Shown here piece after piece: positions 51,533-61,468 of a stretch of 64,000 nucleotides of DNA (its first letter is position 1; each line of letters starts with the position of its first letter). The position numbers and the translations under genes are program-made. Location: positions 124,001-188,000 of the forward strand of contig JAYWIR010000083.1 of NCBI GenBank assembly GCA_036172245.1. The letters are read 5' to 3'. The notes under the pieces are model-generated. The model was not told the DNA's origin. It did no database searches and saw only the letters and a program-made list of their open reading frames with translations. The DNA comes from Raillietiella orientalis. Lineage: Eukaryota.

Positions 51533-52138
51533 TTGACTCAGTGCGGTAGGTACGGGGAAAAGGACACCCTCCCACGCCTGTTGTTAGACTGTACTGCCTT
51601 CCGAACCCTTTTGGGATCGCCTCGGGGCGATCCTCGGAATCCCGGTGGGCGGCCTCAGGGACATTTTCAAACGCCTCTTAGCTCGTGCTGTCGCACTGCC
51701 GCATCCCACTCAGTCCTCTGCTGTGTTCACGGGATCACGGCGGCCTGGAACGCGGGAAGAAGAGGCAGCGATGGCAGAGACGTCAACCAGGAGGCGCGGA
51801 GTTTCCTGAAGACCTCCTCGAGATGGTCCCACTTGGGCGTCATGCCGGAAGAACTTGCCAGCATCCTCAGCAGGATGTAGAGGACTCCTGGCATCGTAGT
51901 ATGATCCCTTCCTTGGTCCCCACCCGTTCCCCGTGTATAATTTCCCCTCCCATGTTTGTTTGTTTATTCTTTTTCTTTTCTCTTCCCCTTCTCTCACGCG
52001 GCCGAAGAGGATCTCACCGGTCTGCGCACAACCCTTCTGCAGGTTCATTGCGCGTGGTAGAACCAAGGGTTCTGCCACACAAATGTACTCTGAATATGTT
52101 ATGTAATGAATCCCTCGGCATAATCGGGGAATAAGACC
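51533..52138 (+). mobile_element. LINE family A zinc knuckle to terminus
   Basis: QCGRYGEKDTLPRLLLDC...FLKTSSRWSHLG; T-rich UTR; aatgaatccctcggcataatcgggga terminus. Confidence 0.75.
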
Positions 52139-52269
52139 AAACGGGTCCTGGTCCGTGAATTCACGAATTCGGTATTCACGAGCCTCCCAAGAGTGCTCGC
52201 ATCCGAGAGGCTGTTTTCCGCTCGATCGAGTGACCTGAAGGGTCTTCGACAAGGTCCCCCTCCCACCAC

Positions 52270-52736
52270 ATATATTATGGATTATTAATAAATTATTATT
52301 ACATAAAACATTTGGAGTATGAATCAAAGCATATTTTCAATCACTCTAGAGATTTCTTTATGAGTGCTATATTTAAAATCAGGTATAAATTTCATATAAA
52401 TATGCAATAAATAAATAATGCATATATATATATATGCACTATGTTATGCATATATGTGTATGTATGTATGTATGTATGTATATGTATATATATATATATG
52501 TATATAACATGATGATTTGTAAAATATAATGTTCCATTATTATAAAATATATGTTTATTAGTTACTTAGATTAAATTTAAAAAACCGCAAAAATCCATTT
52601 CCCTGTATTTTCAGCCTAAATTTCCTTTCTTTTTCAATTTCCCTCCCTATTATTTTTGAGAATATTTAAACAAAAACTTCACATTACTTCGTAAAAACTA
52701 ATTTCTGTTGATTAATTAAAACATTTATTAAATTAA
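52270..52736. other. Sharply bounded AT-rich island
   Basis: Hand counts on two 60-nt lines give 10/60 and 15/60 G+C, versus 36/60 on line 52801. Confidence 0.92.
52422..52507. repeat. (TA)n/(TATG)n microsatellite
   Basis: atatatatatatatg...gtatgtatgtatgtatgtatgtatatgtatatatatatatatg. Confidence 0.92.
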
Positions 52737-53059
52737 GCACTGCACGCGGAAACTCAGCTCGATGCCTACACGTTTGATCCTATTTCACGTGGAAGCGTCC
52801 ACGTCCTCATCCCGGACGCTCCCGCTATGCGAGCTGCTGGTCCAGAGAGTAGTCCAAAGACCGGAGATCCTGTGAGGCTGCAGAAAGCAGTACGAAGTGG
52901 GATGAATGAGCAGAGGAGGACTGAGGGGGCAAGCCGACCTGCATCATCTCACGAAAAGCTGCCGAGAAGAACAGGCGAAATCGAGTCCTTTCGCGCTGCA
53001 GGCTCAGCTTCCTGTAAGATCGCAGATGTTCCGGTTGCCTTTCTTCAAGTCTGTCTTCA

Positions 53060-53300
53060 CCCTATGGAGCAAGCAATAGTCTCCAGAGTGGAACAGCTTT
53101 GGGGGCTTCGTCAGGACCACTTTGATCAAGGGTCTCTTTGGTACCTAGGAAGAAGTCATGGAGAGTTTTGGTCTCACAAAATAAAAATTGGCGTCTTCCA
53201 GAGACTCGGCTGCTGGAGGAGCAAACCCAGTAGTCAGCGGATTCTTGATCAAAGATGCTTCTGTCCCTTGCACATCTTTCAGATGAATCCCATGGGCAGG
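53060..53300 (+). pseudogene. LINE RT C-terminal/thumb remnant
   Basis: SLWYLGRSHGEFWSHKIKIGVFQRLGCWRSKPSS matches L1-clade YLG...w..i...rL..W..k.lS. Confidence 0.6.
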
Positions 53301-54449
53301 TCTACCTGGATTTCCGGGTCTCCGCTAGAGACCTGGGTGCGGAGAGAGGGGATGCCCGAAACCGCTTTTGTTGGAATCGGATGGGGATGGAAGGATGGAA
53401 GGGTAGCCCGGGAAGAGCTGGCGGAGTTGAGAAGAGGCGTGCAGGAGCACCAGCCCTTCAGAGCATCCGCACTCTTCAGAGGCGCTCGCTCCGTCTCTCC
53501 GTGATGCTCCATAGTTTCCTGGCAACCCGCAAGCACCGCTTCCGTCCCGCCCAAGCTGAAGGCCACTGCCGGGGCACGTCAGGGAGGACGCGGGCTGGGT
53601 CACGGACGGCAAAAATACGGGAGACTTAAGGAGGAGGAGGAGGCGTGCGAAGGGACGGGACTCACGGGAAAATGAAAAGAAAAGTCGCGAAATTTCTGCA
53701 GCGAGCGCCTCCGCGGAAGGCCAAGGGGCGGCGCGGTCGGAACGGTCCGCTCGCACCACTCGCGGGTGATGGGCATCACAGCGCGGTCTTGCGTCATGGA
53801 GGCAACAACCGCGCGTGCCCCACGATGGCAGTCGGTACGCCATGTCGGCGGCATCGCCGCAAAGGTGGGAAACACCCCGGCTGCTGTGCGCTCGCTCCGA
53901 GCTCGCATCTGGCACTCCGGAAGGAGTCACTCGACAATACCTGAGCCTGAGGGCGGTTCCGAACCTGCAAGAGAGAAAGCTGAGGGCAGCGCAATCGGGT
54001 TCCCGGAATGCCTTCGAGTCTTCCGAGACGAACCGCGGCACACCGGAGAGTGAGCTTCGGGAACACCTCCCTGCACGACACCGCGAGCTGCAGCACAGTG
54101 GAATCCCAGGAAGGGAGTGTCTCCCGCTGCGGGTAGATAACACGGTCATTTATTCAGGGCCAGGGCGTTTATTCGGAGCTTGCACTGACGTGAGCTGGAG
54201 GCGCGAGCCGGCGAACCCCGACGCAGGGCCGGCGGATGCCACCGAGGGCTTAAGGAGCCGGTGGAGGCAGCTGAAAACAAATAGCAGGAGGGGGAAGCAC
54301 CAGGCGCGAACGTTGGTTGCCTCTGGGAAATTGGAGAGGAAGGTCACCAGTTCTTTATTATACCCTCCTCCTCAATCCGAACAGTGAGTTGAGGTCACCT
54401 TGCCGTCCTCCCCTTCGTGGATGGGATGAGCTCCATTGAGCGGCGGTTC

Positions 54450-54725
54450 GCCCGGATGCAGCACGGGGTCTCCAGAGGCCTGGAAGGGTCGGAGAGTCCT
54501 TTCAGCATGAAGAAGCGGCGTGGAAGCTGACCCAGGGAGGGTCTCCTGGATGCAGGAGGGCCGCTGCCGCTTGTTTCCATCTGCTGCGAAGGCACTCGCA
54601 TTCCGCGAGCAGGCACGAGGACCATTCGCCGAGCGTTTTCTTTGCGCCACGGTTCAGGGATGAGCACCCTTCCACCCAGTGGCGCCGGCGTCGGTTGCAT
54701 GGGGAACCTAAGAGCAAGGAGTGGG
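54450..54725. repeat. Family D second copy
   Basis: See 28440-28700. Confidence 0.85.
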
Positions 54726-54750
54726 TCGCCGCATTTCACTCGTTGTCCTG

Positions 54751-55388
54751 GTCGATTATCGGTTACCTGACGCCTGTTAGAGCTCCTGCCCAGCCCACTG
54801 GCTGCTTTCATCACGCTCCCATGAAGAGTACAGTGCCATCAGTAGGACAATGGGTGGATGCAGTTGGGGAAGGGACAGCAAGCGAAGAAAGAGAATCGGA
54901 AGAAGCTCTACCGAAGGTCACTGGGTGCATTGAGATGCTTCTGGAGAGGGACTAATGAGCCATTCAGGATGATACTGGAAACTTCTAGTTCATCCAAGAT
55001 GATCAATGCTTCCAGTTTGTCCAGGAAGACGCTGACGGTCCCTAGTTTGTCCGAGAACATACTAGAAACTCCTAATTCGTCCAAGATAATGATGAATGCT
55101 CCCAGTTAGTCCAGGAAGATGCTAGCATTCCCTAGTTGATTCCTGAAGATGTGAAGATTGCCTGCTCTCTAGTGTGTTCTTTGCACGCGGACACATGGTG
55201 TCGTGGCGTCCGAAATTTCCAGGGCTGGCCAGTCGATTATCGGTTTCCTGACGTCTGCTACTTCTCCTGCCCAGCTCACTGGTTGCCCTTTTCATGGCAG
55301 TGTGATGTCCTGGTGAATGCAGTTGGGGAAGCGACCACAAGCAAAGACGGAGAACGGGGAAAAACTCCACCGAAGGTCACTGAGTGGA
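54751..55388. repeat. 30-bp degenerate array (54960-55150) flanked by ~160-180-bp direct repeats (54751-54927, 55232-55386)
   Basis: gtcgattatcggtt.cctgacg.ctg, atgcagttggggaag and accgaaggtcactg.gtg each occur twice; array units are homologous to 28741-29010. Confidence 0.85.
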
Positions 55389-55827
55389 CAGGGAGCACCA
55401 GCTCATGGTCGTCGCGGACATCGATGTAACCGGAAGTGTACATGGCCAAAGGAAGCGTACACATCGGCCCACATGCGTTTAGCATGCGATGATGCGAAAG
55501 AGGACCATAGGCAAATAATCTACACTTTGATCTTAGCCAAAAGGCCGAGATCCTTCTCTTGAGAAGTCGCCTTTCCTGTCTCCTTGGGAAAGGTGGCTGC
55601 TCCTGACCAGGGCATAGTGTGCGTTCGAGCCCTGAGGTCAGAAGTGACCATTTTTTGGACCAGAAGCTGAGGTACCTTGCTATGTTCTTTGAGAAATGTC
55701 CCTTCTTTAAAACCCTTCTACCCTTCAAGTGGCGCAAGGGAGACTGCGGTTTCCAGCATCCAGGAGCTCCGGCGTGACCCATAGCTCGCTGGCTCCACCT
55801 CCTTCCAAAGTGGAAGCTCCCTCTCCT

Positions 55828-56160
55828 CGTTGCCTTGAACGCGTGACTGATCCTACGGGAACTCCTGCGCCTCCTTCCTCGTAGCTTGGGTGGAAGCCCC
55901 CCTTCCAGACGAGGGTGGTCGAAGGGCTCGTGAATCTCTCGCCCAAGTTTCGCGCGGCTCGGACGGGCTGCCTCCCCGAAGCCCGAGTGCTTCTGGCACC
56001 CCCGCCTTTCCCCATGTCTTTGAGTGCCCGCGGGCCGCTCTTTCCTCCCGGGTTCACGGAAGTCCTCGTGTACAGGACGCGGCGCTGCTGGGCCGTTCCA
56101 TGTACGCGGATCGCTTGCTCGCACGTGCGTACTGACCGTCGAGCGTTGCGGGAAGGAAGG
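55828..56160. repeat. Family C second copy
   Basis: See 35321-35676. Confidence 0.85.
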
Positions 56161-56709
56161 AGGAAGATCTCCAGGGTGACGATCCGGGATGTGCCTGCCC
56201 TCTTAATCTCTGCACGCTCCGACGACCACGGAAGCGGTCCGAGAGTTTCCGGCGCACTGGCGGATGCGAGCGAAGAGCGGCTTCCTTGCGAAGAGCTCGA
56301 GGTGTCCCTGTCCTGTAGACCTCTCGCGGGCGCCGACTGAACCTCCCCGTGGGTAAACGTCGCGAGGAATCCCCGCCTGGAAACCAAGCAGGTCAAACGG
56401 TTGATGCGGCTGCTCCTTCGCGTTTGCTTCTTTTCTGCGGCGTCATCTTGGCATCGGTTACCGGGCAGCAGATGAAGGGAGTGATACAGCTGGAGATAGC
56501 CTAGTGGGAAGCAGTGCGCGGCTCTGCAGCACGGAGTGTCTGGTGGATGCGCGCGCAGCATAGAGAGAACCTTCGCAGAGATCCGGGATCGGCTGCCGTT
56601 CCCTCCCTTTCCTCTACTCGTTCGACGCCGAGAGATGGGTGCGTCGTTGGTTTCGATGACGCCGACTAGCCTTGGAGGCTTCGGATGCGGCGATGGTAGA
56701 AACCGCAAA

Positions 56710-57220
56710 CAGGGTGCCTCCCGTTGATGGGGAGGGGATTGGAAAGCTGACCCTCCGTGGTCCTTCGAGGAATCAAGGAGCCTCGCTCTCCTCCCTCCGG
56801 TTGTGGAAATGGAACCGTCCATCACGTATCATGGAACTGGTGCACACCTCCCTCGGGGGCTACCTCTCCAAAGCGTCAAAAAGCGCGCTGCTCCCTGCGA
56901 GGAGGATCCATCCTTTCCAAAGACCAGCTCCCACACTCCCTCCGGAGGGAGCTCTCGGAGAGGGGTCCCTCCGGAGAGAATGAGAAAGAGATGGTTCCCT
57001 TAGGTATTCCCCTCCTAAGAGTGGAACGGACTCCTTCCTCCAGAGCATCTTCCTGGATTCATACGGTGGTCCCTCCCTAAGTACCCCCTATCTTGAAGGG
57101 CACCCTATGGTGGCCTAGGACAGCGTCTTGGCGTGCCCCTCCTTAAGGAGATAAACGGTTCTTCAGCACTCAACAAACTAAAAAGAAGAAAACGAGGAAG
57201 AAGAAAAAAACTGGAAAACG
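56710..57220 (+). mobile_element. Family B copy, 5'-truncated
   Basis: ggaatcaaggag, tccctccggagagaatgag, cttcctggattcat (57049), aacggttcttcagcact, A-rich tail. Confidence 0.7.
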
Positions 57221-58037
57221 AGAGAGTCTGGGCCGCATCCGTCGGCATCAGTTTGAGCCGCCATCTAACGGAAATCGCCTGTGAAGACTGCACGTGATGG
57301 GAAGATGACCATCCAGAAAGCTGATCGGTGGTGGTTTCTGACGGTTTCCAATGGTCGTCGACCTGCACTAGCATTACCGAAAGCCCGGTTCATACCGATG
57401 CAGGCCGAGCTCCGAGCTTGGACGTAGTCACGGGGCGGCTCCAGAAAATTTCGGAAACCGGGCTGCGGTTCTCAAGGAGCTCCAGATCGCTTCCGGCGCT
57501 CTCCAGAAAATTTTCAATTGAACTTTTACTGAGGTGGCTTCCCTGAGTTTCCCGTTCGCGTCCTGACTCGCAACTATCAAAAGTTTAAATTTCCCAGAAG
57601 AATTCGCGCTCCGGTCGCAACACTTGGGATCAAGGGCACGGGATCAACAGGGTCCGGAGGATAAATTCACGAACTACCTGTCCCAAAGTTGTGCAACGTG
57701 GCGTTCGGGAAAAATTTTTCATAATGAAGAGAAATAAAACGGGGTCAGCAGGCTTCAGGCAAAAAAAAAAGGGGGGCGTGGAAGAGGCATCGAAACGTAG
57801 GGGGCGCCAGCATGCTGCTGATCCAGAATCTCTTCTCAACGATCGTGCCACACTCCACTGATGACATTCCAAAGTGTCCTCCAATGGCTCCACGTGAGCA
57901 TGCTGTGAAAAAACGAGAGTGACCCCGAGGTCGGTGTCGCATCCCCCTCGCTCCCTGTCAGTCTACTGCAGCTCCTCGGAGGAAGCCTTCCACTACACCT
58001 TCGCCTCGGGGCAGGGTGATCTTCTCATGCAGGTTTG

Positions 58038-58962
58038 CGGGTCATTTATGAAAAATGAATGAATCGAACTAGTACAGTTTTTGTCCCTATCGCCCTGGGA
58101 CATTTGTCGAGAAGAAGAAAGCGACAAGCTGGGGACGAAGTTCCCGAAACGAAAACAGAAAGAAGTTCAGCGAGAGGGCTCGTCAGCACCCGGAACGGAG
58201 AGCAAGCGGGCAATAAATAAATGAAGAGGAAGGGTGGGCATAGGGATTTTTCGTATCAAGACCGTTCTTTCTTTCCTATACCCGCCGCTGAACGGTGACG
58301 ACTCCTTCCTGACTTCCTCTTCCAGGTGAGACCAGCTCGGCAGCCGTCCTCATGTAGGCGGCTGCCATGCGAGTGACTTTCCTTTGCTGCTCCCCATACC
58401 CCAGTCACGATGACGCATGGGTGCGGCATCTCGTAGCAACCACGGCGCCTATCACAAGTCCTTGCGTGAAGAAACGCCGCAGCCTCAGTGGTGTCATCCG
58501 AAAGCGAGAACGCTGAAGACAGCCTTCTACAGATTGTAGAGTCACCGCAGTGCAGCAGCAGCTGCAGGGACGGTCCGACCTTCCCGCACTTGAACCATTC
58601 GGGGATGCAACTTTAGCGGAGTAGGCACTGACCACACTCTGGAAGACCCCAGCCCACCACCTCATGCTTCCAATGCGAAAAAAAAACCCACCGAAATCAG
58701 ACAGCACAAAGGAGGAACCAATGGTTCCTCTAGAATGATGAGGTCTCTCCACTGAAGCAGCCCAAGAGTTTCGCAACTCCTGCCGCGGTGCAGAAGTCCT
58801 ACCCCGTCGGTTGGCAACCGTTCTGATAGGACCGCAGTAAATTCTCATGGTCGGCCAGGGAAGAGCCGACGCGCGTCGTCCCGCGACCGGAAGCCGCTAC
58901 AGTGACTGCTGGCGGATCTAGAAAGAAGGAGAAGAAAAGGATGGAGCGCCAGTAGATGGATG
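58038..58962. repeat. Family E extended copy
   Basis: 5' part matches 46717-47050; 3' part matches 48480-49084. Confidence 0.8.
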
Positions 58963-59535
58963 AGCAATAGAATGGACCAACCAGTTTCACTGTCTTCGAC
59001 GTGAATCCCAAGGGCATGCGGAGGGCAGGGAATGGACGGAGAAGCGGGCGAACCCAATGCGTTCGAAGACACTTTGTACTTCGCTTACCGGACTCTTCTG
59101 TATGCACAGGCAATCGCAAATGGATCTCCGGATTGGCGACCGAATTCCTCCTCCTTCTCCCATTTTAAAGGACAGGGCTTTCCTCCCATGTGGCAGGAGA
59201 TCGCCAGCGAAGAAGTGACCGATAAACCTGGAGAAGAATCGGATTTTCGTGTGAGCAGATCTGCTGGAAGGGTTTGGTGGAGCGGAAGGGTGCCTTCTGG
59301 AGTGCGCTCCCATTCCTGAGCGCAGCTATCAGCACGTTGGGGGGTGTCTCTACGGTGGGGTGGCATTGGTTGAGGGGCTCGCCTCTGCTGACGAGGGCGG
59401 TGACGTTCCTCGTTTCGGAGAGTACCCAATGAACCGACAAGATGGCGGTCTGCGTCCCAGTGACGGAGAGGGGGAACGGAGGCTCCGGCCAGGAAGCACG
59501 GGATCTCGAAGTACTTACAACCCCTTGACCCGCAA

Positions 59536-59607
59536 ATACGGTGGCAGGTCACCTCCCACGCTGCAGGAGCATGATCCTGCAGCGTGGGAGGTGAGCTGCC
59601 ACCGTAT
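59536..59607. repeat. 72-bp spacerless palindrome, two mismatched pairs
   Basis: atacggtggcaggtcacctcccacgctgcaggagca|tgatcctgcagcgtgggaggtgagctgccaccgtat. Confidence 0.98.
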
Positions 59608-59649
59608 CCCTTCTGGTCCCAACAAAGAAGTAATAGCCTCAAGACGTCC

Positions 59650-61468
59650 TCAGAGGTCACACGCTGAGATCTGGGGAGTGGGATCTAACATAGTCCAGGA
59701 TCCCTTCAAGAAGGAGCTTTCCCTGATCGACTGGAGGCAGAGCGGCCGGAGGATTCTCTCCAGTAGCAGACGGGTCTAAAGTTTTGCCATGCGCGAGCTC
59801 AGATCTCGAAGCGGCGTCGCAACATCGCTTGCCTTCCAGGACCGTGCGTTCGGGAGACGCGCCGGGATGGCCGTTTCCCTGTATCCTTACGGGGAACCTG
59901 ATCGGTTAAAGGACGTGCCCGCAGTTGCAGTGTCAACCCGGTGCGAAGAATGTCAGTTCTCGAGTGGCCACGCCGGTCCAAAGCGCAGTTGCTGCACGTT
60001 CCTGGCGGGCCCGCCGACGTGTTGCATCGCCCTTCGCTTGTCCAGCCGGCCTGCTGCTCCGCGGCCAGCAGAGCCCGTCTTTCTCTCCTGATCGCCGGTG
60101 GACACTCGGCGGCAGCCGTCTCTGCCGCCGCACCATGGCCTCGCTTTGGCAAAGCGTTCGCTCCGGAGCGGATGGAAATTCAGCTGCGATGGAGCACCTT
60201 GGCCATCGCGGCGAAGTACTGGAGCACCCATTGGTGCACCTCCTCGCCAGTCGTGTTTTCAGAGCGGGAAGGCTCTCCTCTTTTCTCCTGTGCCCCGGCC
60301 GGAAAATAAGATGAGGCCTTCTCCTAGGATGCATGGACACCCTAACCAAGGAGAACGGCTGGATGGTCTGCAGCCCCCTCAACTGCAGCGCATGGCTAAA
60401 AGAAACAGTTGGCACGTGGACGAAGTTGAACTCGTCAAGTGGTGAATCCTGGAACCGCCTGCGACCCGGCACTACACCCGCTGCACGCTGCGGAACATGC
60501 TCGAGTGTCCCGCCAGAAGCACGTGGGAGGAGACTACCCCACTGACCACGGAACTGCCCTTCCTGAGGAGAGTGCTCGGCAGCAGCCGAACGCCGAGGTG
60601 GCAAGTCTCCTGCCAAACAGCGGGCAGGGAGCAGATGATGAGCGGCTGGACCATGAGGGAACTGACTGACGCCGCGACCCCGAGCCTCCTCCCTCGGGAG
60701 CTTCAGAAAAGAGGCGAGATGCAGGAGCACTTTAGGTCATCCCGCTGTATGACCTAAAGTGACCCCCAGTATTTACAGACACGTCCACCCTCCCCCTCAA
60801 GTGGCAGGAGTTGGCGCTGCTGCTGTTGCACTGGGATCTTCCCTGCAACGCGCGCCGCCACCACTGGACGTTGGGGAAGGTCGGACAAGTGTGCAATGTG
60901 CGGGGGGAAGGAATCCCTCTCCCACCTGTTAGTGGACTGCGGTGCCCTTCGGCCCTTGTGACAACGTTACGCTACGACCCTCTGGATGCCGCTCGGACGC
61001 CCCCCCAGAGACGTTGTGCGACTCCTCATCTTGCGAGACGCCCTGCCACCAGCCTCAACCCTGGCAGCGCTCTGCTGCCTCCGAGGGATTGTGGCTGCGT
61101 GGAGCGCAGCCAACAGAGGAAGCAGCGACAGGGACGCCATCGCACACGCGGGTCGCTACCTGCGAATCGCGATCGGCTGGTCCTATCTGGGAGCTATGCA
61201 AAGGAACGAAAAGACCATCCTGGAAAGGATGGTCTTTTCCTCCAGCGGACAGTGATCCCTTCCCGGTCGTCCAAAGTGTTTTTTTTTTGTTTCCTTTATT
61301 TTTCTTTTTGTTTTTTCCCCCATCCCCCTCCGCTGCCGAGGCGTGTCGAGCTGGTCTGCGTACCGGCTTCCCTGCAGGCCCCATGAACTATTGGCCGTAG
61401 TGGGGCCTACTACCGCAAATATACTGTGTTAAGAAATAAAGGTCCCGGCGTGACCGTGTGGGAACTCC
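59650..61468 (+). mobile_element. Decayed LINE family A: RT end, thumb, zf-RVT, UTR, terminus
   Basis: IDWRQSGRRI (~SGl.iN), PLKWQELALLLLHWDLPCNARRHHWTLGKVGQVCNV, RDVVRLLILRDAL, WSYLG, T-rich UTR, AATAAAGGTCCCGGCGTGACC (61435). Confidence 0.8.

Noticed and set aside
52827..53504. 225-aa ORF as an intact gene
   Set aside because: Only the central part resembles a LINE RT thumb; no catalytic YADD in frame, so treated as a remnant.
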